Source: a virus
Length of the DNA: 64,000 nucleotides
Direction: 5' to 3' (one strand)
IMG/VR virus record: IMGVR_UViG_3300030103_005357
Coordinates: 1-64,000 of that record
Part shown: positions 20,645 to 28,982 of the stretch, one piece after another
Numbering within the stretch: the first letter of the stretch is position 1
Layout of the letters: each line of letters starts with the position of its first letter
The notes under the pieces: model-generated
Database searches by the model: none
Told to the model about the DNA's origin: nothing
Seen by the model: the letters and a program-made list of their open reading frames with translations, nothing else
Made by a program: the position numbers and the translations under genes

Positions 20645-21760
20645 ATGAACGGTTTTGAGGAGACATACTACGGAAAAAAAATTGATCATATGGACATTCT
20701 AAATATTGAAGATGCTAAAAAATGGCTATCAGGAAGAGAATGCATTGTCGTTACTGGTGTTACTGGTCAGGATGGTAGTCATATGGTAGATTTTCTTCTT
20801 AAAAATACCGATTATATTGTTTTTGGTTGCGTTCGTCGTTTGAGTGTTTACAATCACGATAATATTTCTCACATCAAAAGTGATAGATTTAGGTTGATTA
20901 ATTTTGATCTTACTGACGCAAACCTCATCTCCAGAACAGTTGAGTCTTTAAAGCCAAAATATTTTATTAATCTTGCTGCTCAAAGTTTTGTTGGAAGCAG
21001 CTGGGATTTTGCTTTACAAACTTGGGAGACAAACTCTACTTCAGTTTTAAATATACTTGAATCTATTAGAATCCATTGTCCTTCTTGCAGATTCTATCAA
21101 GCTGGCTCCTCAGAAGAGTTTGGAGACGTTTTGCATTCTCCGCAATCAGAGTGTCACCCTTTACGCCCAAGAAGTCCATATGGAGCTTCTAAAGCCGCTG
21201 CGAGACAATTGATAAAAGTTTGGCGAGATTCTTATGATTTGTACGCTATTCAGGGTTGGTTATTCAATCACGAAGGCACTCGTCGAGGGGAAGAGTTTGT
21301 TACTCGCAAAATTACTAAGAACGTAGCTCGTATTCAAAAAGAATATGCTAGCGGAGAGTTTAAACCTCTAGAATTGGGCAACGTAGATGCCATGCGAGAT
21401 TGGAGTGACGCTGAAGATTTCGTCGAAGGTATTTGGTTAATGCTTAATCAAGAAAAACCTAAAGAATATGTTCTTTCTTCAAATGAAACTCACACTATTC
21501 GGGAGTTTGTAGAGGAAGCGTTTAATTTTGCTGGCTTTGGTTCCGAGAAGTGTCGTTGGGATGGTCATGGGGTCAATGAGAAATATTACCACGAAGATAA
21601 GATTCTAGTACAGATCAACACAGACTTTTATCGCCCCGCTGAAGTTGAGCTTCTTTTGGGGGATTCTAATTTAGCTAGAAAAGAATTAGGTTGGAAGCCA
21701 AAAACAGATTTTTTAGGTTTAGTGAGAAAAATGGTTGCACACGATATTGATCTATGCTAG
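20645..21760 (+). CDS. gmd: GDP-mannose 4,6-dehydratase
   Basis: TGVTGQDGS, NLAAQSFV, PRSPYGASK, LFNHEG, FVTRKIT, RPAEVELLLGD. Confidence 0.93.
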   Translation: MNGFEETYYGKKIDHMDILNIEDAKKWLSGRECIVVTGVTGQDGSHMVDFLLKNTDYIVFGCVRRLSVYNHDNISHIKSDRFRLINFDLTDANLISRTVESLKPKYFINLAAQSFVGSSWDFALQTWETNSTSVLNILESIRIHCPSCRFYQAGSSEEFGDVLHSPQSECHPLRPRSPYGASKAAARQLIKVWRDSYDLYAIQGWLFNHEGTRRGEEFVTRKITKNVARIQKEYASGEFKPLELGNVDAMRDWSDAEDFVEGIWLMLNQEKPKEYVLSSNETHTIREFVEEAFNFAGFGSEKCRWDGHGVNEKYYHEDKILVQINTDFYRPAEVELLLGDSNLARKELGWKPKTDFLGLVRKMVAHDIDLC

Positions 21761-21769
21761 GATAACTTT

Positions 21770-22243
21770 ATGCCAAGAGGTAAAAAGCAATGCCCTAGCT
21801 GCGAAGATTTTGTCGCAACTAGGGCTTCTTGTTGTGGTTGTGGTCATATCTTTACAAAAAAGAAAGTTGGCGAATCTAAAAAGGCAAAACCTAAGACTGG
21901 CAAACCCAAGATAAGCAAAATAGACATCTTAAAAAGGCTAGTTGAAGACCCTAAAAATAATAAAAGATTTTTTTATGCTAGGGAGATGAAGATGCTGAAT
22001 GATTTAGTGGACCTCTATTCACTTGAATTCATGAATGTGGTCAACCTCGGTAGGAGATTTGAATCCTTAGCTTACTTTAAACATTCAAAAGTTAAGGAGA
22101 AGCTTGACAGGAGGTTCAGAGAGTTTAATTATGTGACAGACAAGTCACGATACCCCGAATACAATCTAGGTGAAAAAAGCGGCGAAGATCGATTCGTCAA
22201 AAGAAAGAAGAGAACAGTAAAAGACTTTTTAGAAGAAGAATAA
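21770..22243 (+). CDS. Hypothetical basic protein with N-terminal zinc ribbon
   Basis: CPSC..CGCGH; TTGCAC-N17-TAGGAT ends 6 nt upstream. Confidence 0.55.
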   Translation: MPRGKKQCPSCEDFVATRASCCGCGHIFTKKKVGESKKAKPKTGKPKISKIDILKRLVEDPKNNKRFFYAREMKMLNDLVDLYSLEFMNVVNLGRRFESLAYFKHSKVKEKLDRRFREFNYVTDKSRYPEYNLGEKSGEDRFVKRKKRTVKDFLEEE

Positions 22244-22244
22244 T

Positions 22245-23375
22245 ATGGCTAATAAAAAAACAATAGGAACACTCGACTCCAAAAATCTAGTTGGTAATTT
22301 TTTGAAGAATAATAAAGAAGATCACTTTAACTATGAAGAGCAGGTAAACTACAGGGTATCAAGCGGATCTCTGGAGTTCGATCATCATCTTGATGGAGGC
22401 TTTGGCCCCGGGTTGCATAGGTTTGTCGGAATGAATGAAGGGGGGAAGACTTCAGCCTCTTTAGAGGTGATGAAGAACTTCTTAAAGATGCCTAAATCAA
22501 AAGGGGTTTACTTCAAAGCAGAAGGTAGACTTTCTGACGAAATGATTAAGAGGTGTGGAGTAAAGTTTGTCTTCAATCATGAAGAGTGGGAGGAAGGCAC
22601 ATGCTTTGTGTTTGAGTCTAATATTTACGAGACTGTAGTGGATTTAATGCGCCAACTGGTATCCTCAAATGACGAGAAAAATAAATATTGTTTTGTTCTA
22701 GACTCTGTTGATGGGTTAATCAAGAAAGCTGATAATGCGAAAACGTTTGAAGACGCTGTTCAAGTAGCTGGAGGAGCAAACATTGCAGCTACATTTATGA
22801 AGAAAATGTCAATAGCTCTTGGGAAAAGGGGTCATATGGCGATCTTCGTTTCTCAGGTTAGAGCAGATATTAAGCTAGACCCATACTCAAAAGCTCCCGT
22901 TCGCCAGACAACCGCGACAGGTGGCAATGCTCTACTTCACTTCGCCAACTGGATCATTGAGTTTGAGCCTCGCTTCGGTGGAGATCAGATACTACTTAAT
23001 CCATCTGTCAAAAAGATGGACCCCAAGACTAATCCAGCTATTGGACATTACGCTAAAGTCGTTGTAAAAAAATCTCCAAACGAAAAGACTAATACTCGGA
23101 TATCTTACCCGATACGTTATGGAAGAACTGGTGGTAATTCAATCTGGGTAGAGAAAGAGGTTGTTGGAACTCTTGAAGCTTGGGAGTTCATCAAAAAGGC
23201 TGGAGCTTGGATTTCGATCACAGAAGATTTTAGAGAAGTTCTTTCTGAAGGAGGCTTTTCGCTTCCTGAAAAAGTTCAGGGGGAGAATAAGTTATTTTCT
23301 TTGATTGAAGATGACTCAGCTCTCTGTCAATATTTAGTAGCATATTTTAAGAAAATGTTTAGCGGTCAAGAATGA
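22245..23375 (+). CDS. RecA/UvsX-like recombinase
   Basis: GMNEGGKTS P-loop, VLDSV, SQVR, TGGNALLHFA, IKKAGAW. Confidence 0.88.
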   Translation: MANKKTIGTLDSKNLVGNFLKNNKEDHFNYEEQVNYRVSSGSLEFDHHLDGGFGPGLHRFVGMNEGGKTSASLEVMKNFLKMPKSKGVYFKAEGRLSDEMIKRCGVKFVFNHEEWEEGTCFVFESNIYETVVDLMRQLVSSNDEKNKYCFVLDSVDGLIKKADNAKTFEDAVQVAGGANIAATFMKKMSIALGKRGHMAIFVSQVRADIKLDPYSKAPVRQTTATGGNALLHFANWIIEFEPRFGGDQILLNPSVKKMDPKTNPAIGHYAKVVVKKSPNEKTNTRISYPIRYGRTGGNSIWVEKEVVGTLEAWEFIKKAGAWISITEDFREVLSEGGFSLPEKVQGENKLFSLIEDDSALCQYLVAYFKKMFSGQE

Positions 23376-23779
23376 AATTTTACTCTACAGACGGCAAGTT
23401 AAGAAACCTCAAAAATCCCAGAAAATATCATATAGATTGGGAAGCTTCTAGTCGCAGTAAGTTTCAGAAAAGCGTTAAAGATTTCCTCTATCCATACTGG
23501 AGTAGCGATGTTGTTTTTGAAGAGTTTAAGGTTGTTGGTAGTCGATTGTCATTAGACTTTTACAATGCTAATAAAAAAATAGCTATTGAAGTTCAGGGCG
23601 CTCAACACACCAAATATGTCAAACATTTTCATAAGAACAGATTTAAGTTTTTAGACCAACTTAAAAGAGATCAAAAAAAGCTCGACTTCTGCGAGATGAA
23701 CGATATAAAACTGGTAGAGATATACCCAAATGACACTGTGGATCAGTCATTTTTTGAAAACCAAGATATTTACCTATGA
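23372..23779 (+). CDS. PD-(D/E)XK endonuclease (Vsr/DUF559-like)
   Basis: LDFY..IAIEVQGAQH..RDQKK..C..NDIKLVEI. Confidence 0.75.
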   Translation: MKFYSTDGKLRNLKNPRKYHIDWEASSRSKFQKSVKDFLYPYWSSDVVFEEFKVVGSRLSLDFYNANKKIAIEVQGAQHTKYVKHFHKNRFKFLDQLKRDQKKLDFCEMNDIKLVEIYPNDTVDQSFFENQDIYL

Positions 23780-24012
23780 GCAAAGATGAAGAAGCATTCT
23801 CAATCCCAAGTGGATTTGTGGAGAAACTGTATGAAATTTCTGGAGATTCCGATAAGCACAAGGGAGTTATTATGATTGCAGCCAATGAATCTGGCGATCC
23901 AATTATTTACACCAAATTTGATTCTATGATAACCGAATTAGGTTTAACTAAAGCTCTTAGTCAGTACCTTGATAGAATAGAAAAAGAAAACGAACAGCCT
24001 AATGATCTATAG
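23776..24012 (+). CDS. Hypothetical protein
   Basis: Coupled ORF between the nuclease and helicase genes. Confidence 0.6.
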   Translation: MSKDEEAFSIPSGFVEKLYEISGDSDKHKGVIMIAANESGDPIIYTKFDSMITELGLTKALSQYLDRIEKENEQPNDL

Positions 24013-25540
24013 CTACGAATTAGAAAAACAGCTTTTAGCTGGACTACTAAAAGACCCACCCTCCCTTATTGAGATTTCTAATTTCATTAGCCATAAGGAT
24101 TTTTATTCTGAAGCTTCTTTTTTACATGCTACCATTTTCAGGGTAATTAAACAATCTGTTGATGCGGGGGAGGAGCTAGATAATATTATTTTGGCTCAAA
24201 GGGTTAATGAAGTTGGACTCAGCTTTGAAGGAAATATCAATGCTGCTGATTACATTAAGTCTCTCGCTATGCGATCTGTTCCTTCAGGGAATTTGATTAA
24301 AACAGCAAAGGAGCTTAAGAAGTTCTCCATCAGAAGAGAGATCGTAGAGTCTTCAGAGTTGATCTCAAAGAAGATGAAGGGGATGGCTCCAGAGTCCACT
24401 TATAGAGAGATTGTCGAAACAGCCGATCAGATCTACAACTCTAAGATTAACCTGTTTGATATTGGAAGCGATATTCCTGAAAATATCTATGAAGATATGG
24501 AGCATATGATCGAGGAGCGAGGTAATAATCCAATCGAAGAGTTTGGAATGATGGGGCCGCATGATAAAGTAAATGATATTTACGGTTCTCTTTTACGCCC
24601 GGGTAATATCACCGTCATTGTCGCTCGTTCTGGAGTTGGCAAGACTCAGTTCTGTATGGATTATGCAACTAAGGTTGCGCTAAAATACGATGTTCCAGTT
24701 TTGCATTTTGATAATGGTGAAATGAGCAAAGAGGAACTGATCATGCGTCAGTGTGCGGCTCATTCTGGAGTCCCAATGCATCTTCTTGAAAGTGGCAAAT
24801 GGAGACAAGCTGGGCAGGATGTGGTGGATAAAGTTAGATCTGTATGGCCAAAAATAAGTAAATTAAAATTTTATTATTACAATGTGGGTGGGATGGATGT
24901 TGATGTAATGATTAATACTCTTAAAAGATTTTACTATTCAACTGTTGGCAGAGGAAACAAAATGGTTTTCTCTTTCGATTATATTAAAACAACTAACGAT
25001 TCTACAGGCAACAAGAATGAGTGGCAGATTGTTGGTGAGATGGTAGACAAGTTTAAGAGATGCATCCAGAAGGAAGTTCTTGAAAACGGAGATCCAGTTA
25101 TCCCAATGATCACTTCTGTTCAGTCAAACAGGAGCGGTATCACAACTAACAGAAACTCACAAAACATTATTGATGACGAAAGTATTGTATCTCTCTCTGA
25201 TCGAATCACACAGTTCTGTTCCCACATGTTCATCATTAGGCGTAAGACGGAGGATGAGATACAGTTGGAGGGCCAGCGGTTTGGCACTCATAAGATGATC
25301 AGTGTTAAGTATAGAAGTTTGGGTAGAGACATAGCTGGAGCTATTGAACCAGTCCAAGTTGAAGATTCCCTTAGAAAGAACTTTATCAATTTAGACTTCA
25401 ATAATTTTAATATTACGGAGTGTGGCGACTTGAGAGATATTGTCGCTGTACAAAATGGAAATCCACAATTAGATGACAGTATACCAGATGCACCAGCAAG
25501 GCAAAACAGAAACGACATCCCAGAACTTGGTTCCTTCTGA
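24002..25540 (+). CDS. dnaB: Replicative helicase (DnaB family)
   Basis: N-terminal DnaB domain; ARSGVGKT, NGEMS, FDYIK, QSNR. Confidence 0.9.
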   Translation: MIYSYELEKQLLAGLLKDPPSLIEISNFISHKDFYSEASFLHATIFRVIKQSVDAGEELDNIILAQRVNEVGLSFEGNINAADYIKSLAMRSVPSGNLIKTAKELKKFSIRREIVESSELISKKMKGMAPESTYREIVETADQIYNSKINLFDIGSDIPENIYEDMEHMIEERGNNPIEEFGMMGPHDKVNDIYGSLLRPGNITVIVARSGVGKTQFCMDYATKVALKYDVPVLHFDNGEMSKEELIMRQCAAHSGVPMHLLESGKWRQAGQDVVDKVRSVWPKISKLKFYYYNVGGMDVDVMINTLKRFYYSTVGRGNKMVFSFDYIKTTNDSTGNKNEWQIVGEMVDKFKRCIQKEVLENGDPVIPMITSVQSNRSGITTNRNSQNIIDDESIVSLSDRITQFCSHMFIIRRKTEDEIQLEGQRFGTHKMISVKYRSLGRDIAGAIEPVQVEDSLRKNFINLDFNNFNITECGDLRDIVAVQNGNPQLDDSIPDAPARQNRNDIPELGSF

Positions 25541-26558
25541 AGAGTTTGAGAAGGTCTTAATTTCAATAGGTTATAAACTTATCGATTGTGGTGATCACTG
25601 GAGATCGCAAGCTTTATATCGTAATGGGGACAATGCTACCGCTTTAAAAATTTATAAAAATACAGGAGTCTGGATGGACTTTGTAGAACCTAAAGGATCT
25701 TTACCTTTTGATGCTTTAGTTCGAATGACTGTGGGAGATGACCACAAGGTCTCTGAAACTTTAAAAAAAATAAAAAGCGATAAAGTTTATGTCGCCCAAA
25801 AAGTAGACAGAATAGAAATGGAACAAATTTATCCAGAAGATTGCTTAGACAAACTTTTCCCAAATTACAAGTTTTACAAAGATCGTGGGATCTCAGAGGA
25901 AACTCAAAGAGCTTTTAAAATTGGCTTGGCTGGAGTAGGCAAAATGTACCGTAGGATGGTCTTCCCCATCTACAACCAAGACAATCATATTATTGGTTTC
26001 TCTGGTCGGAAGATAGACGATCATAACGATTTTCCTAAATGGAAGCATATCGGTAAAAAGAATACTTGGGTATACCCTGCATGCATTCAGGACAATGAGT
26101 GCAGTGCAGAAATCGACCGTCGCAGTCAAGTTATCTTGGTTGAGAGTATAGGTGATGCAATGGCTTTATATGATCAAGGCGTTAAAAACGTTTTAGTTTT
26201 GTTTGGGCTTTCTGCTAGCTCTAATATTATTAATTATTTGTCTAGCAAAGTCTTAGACGATATTTACATTTCAACTAATAATGATTCTAAATCCTCACAG
26301 AATAGAGGATTGATAGCTGCGATTAAGAACTATCTGAAGCTAGCAAAGTATTTTGATTTAGATAATCTTACTATCAAACTTCCTCAAAATGGAAATGATT
26401 TTGGAGAAATGTATCAGAGTGGCTATAATATCAATAACTGGCTTAGTAGGCATATAGACCAACAAGAGCAAAAAGATTATATTAGTAATTTTGTCTCTAA
26501 GAATCCAACCTTATTCACTAAGACGGAAAGTAAAATGGCCAAAAAAATAAATGATTGA
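25473..26558 (+). CDS. DNA primase (DnaG-like, Toprim)
   Basis: RMVFPI..IIGFSGR, KWKH, LVESIGDAM, NNDS; exact start uncertain. Confidence 0.85.
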   Translation: MTVYQMHQQGKTETTSQNLVPSEEFEKVLISIGYKLIDCGDHWRSQALYRNGDNATALKIYKNTGVWMDFVEPKGSLPFDALVRMTVGDDHKVSETLKKIKSDKVYVAQKVDRIEMEQIYPEDCLDKLFPNYKFYKDRGISEETQRAFKIGLAGVGKMYRRMVFPIYNQDNHIIGFSGRKIDDHNDFPKWKHIGKKNTWVYPACIQDNECSAEIDRRSQVILVESIGDAMALYDQGVKNVLVLFGLSASSNIINYLSSKVLDDIYISTNNDSKSSQNRGLIAAIKNYLKLAKYFDLDNLTIKLPQNGNDFGEMYQSGYNINNWLSRHIDQQEQKDYISNFVSKNPTLFTKTESKMAKKIND

Positions 26559-27576
26559 ACCTAAAACAGCTTTATCCGCGAGTAGAATTAAGACTGCCCA
26601 AGGTTGTTCTTGGTTGTATTGGTGCAAGTATAAGCTGAAGCTCCCTGATACTAGCAATGACGGAGCGAAAAGGGGTTCTATCTGTCACTTAATATTTGAA
26701 CTCTTAGGAGAGAAAAAACGAAAGTCTCATTATGACAAAATCATGGAGGCTCAAGATGTTTTCGCCGTACCTTCTATTGAGCGTTTAATAATGAAGCATG
26801 CTCGTCGCGAAGAAGTTGATGACGAGGATAATATTCAATTAATCAAAGAGATGACCTTTAACGGTCTTAACTACGATTTCTTTGGTGGAGATTTAGACAA
26901 GCCTACAAAAGGACTTTCTGAGCAGGACTTCGATATTGTAAAGAACGATGGTCAGATAGCTTACAGGATCAGAGGCTTTATTGACAAACTCTTTTTGTAT
27001 AAAAAACAAAAGTTTGCTTTGATTAGAGACTTCAAGACTAGCAAGGATGTTTTCAAAGGTAAAGATCTTGAAGACAACATGCAGGATTTGATGTATAGCT
27101 TGGCTACAAAACATCTGTATCCAGAATACGAAAACAAGCAGAGCGAATTTTTATTCTTAAAATTTGAGTTAGATCCAGACGCAAAAAAAAGTGGAGTGAT
27201 GAGAATGGCTCCTTTGAGCGACGAGGATCTTTTCGGGTTTGAATTACAGTTAACCGAGATTCAAAAGTATCTTGACAGCTTCTCTGAAGATGATGCCCTA
27301 GCTAATATGGCTTCAGATCAAGGTTTTCCTTCGGATAAATCATTTAGCGGTAGACTTCTCTGTGGTTTTGCGACCCAAAAAGGAGAACTAAAAAAAGATG
27401 GAACAAAAAAGTGGCACTGTGCCATGAAGTTTGATTTCTTTTATTACGTTTTTAAAAATGCAAATGGCCAAATTGTAGGCTCCTGCTTTGAGGAGGAGTT
27501 TTCGGAGGATGCTGTTCCAGAGGGATGCACCCACGAAATTCAATATTATAAGGGTTGCCCGTCTCATTGTTCTTGA
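26551..27576 (+). CDS. Cas4/AddB/RecB-like PD-(D/E)XK exonuclease
   Basis: LSASRIKT..C, RGSICH, RGFIDKL, RDFKTS, YSLA; C-terminal cysteines suggest an Fe-S staple. Confidence 0.8.
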   Translation: MIEPKTALSASRIKTAQGCSWLYWCKYKLKLPDTSNDGAKRGSICHLIFELLGEKKRKSHYDKIMEAQDVFAVPSIERLIMKHARREEVDDEDNIQLIKEMTFNGLNYDFFGGDLDKPTKGLSEQDFDIVKNDGQIAYRIRGFIDKLFLYKKQKFALIRDFKTSKDVFKGKDLEDNMQDLMYSLATKHLYPEYENKQSEFLFLKFELDPDAKKSGVMRMAPLSDEDLFGFELQLTEIQKYLDSFSEDDALANMASDQGFPSDKSFSGRLLCGFATQKGELKKDGTKKWHCAMKFDFFYYVFKNANGQIVGSCFEEEFSEDAVPEGCTHEIQYYKGCPSHCS

Positions 27577-27600
27577 TCTTTGTTCAGAGTTGTGTAGAAT
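27573..27600 (+). promoter_or_regulatory. Sigma70-like promoter for the polymerase genes
   Basis: TTGATC-N16-TAGAAT, 9 nt before ATG 27610. Confidence 0.5.
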
Positions 27601-27609
27601 GAGGGAGTA

Positions 27610-28353
27610 ATGATCCCAGTATTTAAATCTACATACTCGTATGGCAAAAGTATCTTGACTCTCAAAGGCGAGTCAGAAGATTGTGGTTCAGACTCCCTGA
27701 TCGAAATGTGCCTTGATAATGGGATCAAGGATGTTATTCTGGTGGAGGATAACCTTACGAGTTTTATGAAGGCATTTAAAGTCTGTTTGGATAACGATTT
27801 GAATTTGTATTACGGATTGAGACTCACCTTCTGCAATGATATGAAGGAGGATTCCAAAAGCTCTAGTCATAAAAATATTATCTTCGCAAAGAATGACGAA
27901 GGTTGTAAGTTGCTAAATAAAATTTATTCTTGTGCTTTTACGGAGGGAGATGGCTGCATAGACTACGCTGCATTCAAAGAGTATTGGGACAGTTCAGCCC
28001 TATCCTTTGTGGTTCCCTTTTACGACAGTTATCTTTACGAGAATAATTTTCATCAAAAAAACTGTATCCCTAATCTAGAAGGACTAAATCCTGTTTTCTG
28101 GAGTGAAGACAACTCTCTCCCTTTCGACCACCTACTAAATGCTAAGCTTGAAGAAGCTGTAAAAAGAAAGCAATATAAGGTTGTCAAGACGAAGACCATA
28201 CTTTACAAAGAGAAGAAGGATGTCGAAGCTCTCCAAACATACAAGATTCTTTCGAATAGATCCTTTGGTAAAGAATCAACCCTTAGTAGCCCAAACTTAA
28301 GTCATTTTGGAAGCGAAGAGTTTTGTCTGGAAAGTTACCTTGAACAGTCATGA
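27610..28353 (+). CDS. Stand-alone PHP domain of DNA polymerase III alpha
   Basis: STYSYGKSIL, YGLRL, IFAKNDEGCKLLNKIYS follow the DnaE N-terminal layout; HxH ligands absent. Confidence 0.75.
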   Translation: MIPVFKSTYSYGKSILTLKGESEDCGSDSLIEMCLDNGIKDVILVEDNLTSFMKAFKVCLDNDLNLYYGLRLTFCNDMKEDSKSSSHKNIIFAKNDEGCKLLNKIYSCAFTEGDGCIDYAAFKEYWDSSALSFVVPFYDSYLYENNFHQKNCIPNLEGLNPVFWSEDNSLPFDHLLNAKLEEAVKRKQYKVVKTKTILYKEKKDVEALQTYKILSNRSFGKESTLSSPNLSHFGSEEFCLESYLEQS

Positions 28354-28982
28354 ATGATCAATTATTGAGATTTGACAAGAAGCAGAAGTATCTAGTGTTA
28401 GACACAGAAACTGAAGGCTTAAATTTGATCAAGTCAAAACCATACCAAGTGTCTTGGATTATAGCTCAAGGAGATACCATCTTAGAGAAGAATAATAGGT
28501 ATATTTGGTGGGAAGACTTAAAGATGTCTGAAGATGCAGCTAGAATTACAAGATTTGATAAAGATTTTTATAAATCACAAGCTGAAGATCCGAAAGTGGT
28601 TTGGGATGACTTCTCTAAAGAGCTTTACAATCCAGAATACAGGGTTGTTGGTCAGAATCTCTTAGGATTTGATGTGTATATGATTAATGTCTGGAGAAAG
28701 TTGATGGGCTTGGGGTCTGATCATTCTTATGTGAACAGAATTATAGATACTCTTAGTTTGGCTAGAGCTATAGCAAAAGAGGATAAGCCTGATTTTGACA
28801 ACTTCATATGTTGGCAGTACGGTTGGAACAGTTTTTTCCAACGGGGCTTGCGAACAGGGCAAGCAGCACTACTAAAAAAGTACAATATTCCTCATGATAA
28901 GAATAGATTGCATGATGCTCTTTACGATATTGAAATGAACTTCAAGATTTTCAGAAAGCAGTTATTTAATATAGAGCTATGA
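28350..28982 (+). CDS. DEDDh 3'-5' exonuclease (epsilon-like)
   Basis: LDTETEG, GQNLLGFD, IDTL, HDALYD. Confidence 0.9.
   Translation: MNDQLLRFDKKQKYLVLDTETEGLNLIKSKPYQVSWIIAQGDTILEKNNRYIWWEDLKMSEDAARITRFDKDFYKSQAEDPKVVWDDFSKELYNPEYRVVGQNLLGFDVYMINVWRKLMGLGSDHSYVNRIIDTLSLARAIAKEDKPDFDNFICWQYGWNSFFQRGLRTGQAALLKKYNIPHDKNRLHDALYDIEMNFKIFRKQLFNIEL

Noticed and set aside
12622-21760. Bacterial O-antigen locus, i.e. host DNA or chimeric contig
   Set aside because: No wzx/wzy/wzm/wzt or initiating transferase; it is flanked by phage genes and shares their promoter style.
26551-27576. Cas4 as part of a CRISPR-Cas system
   Set aside because: No other cas genes or array; it lies in the replication module.
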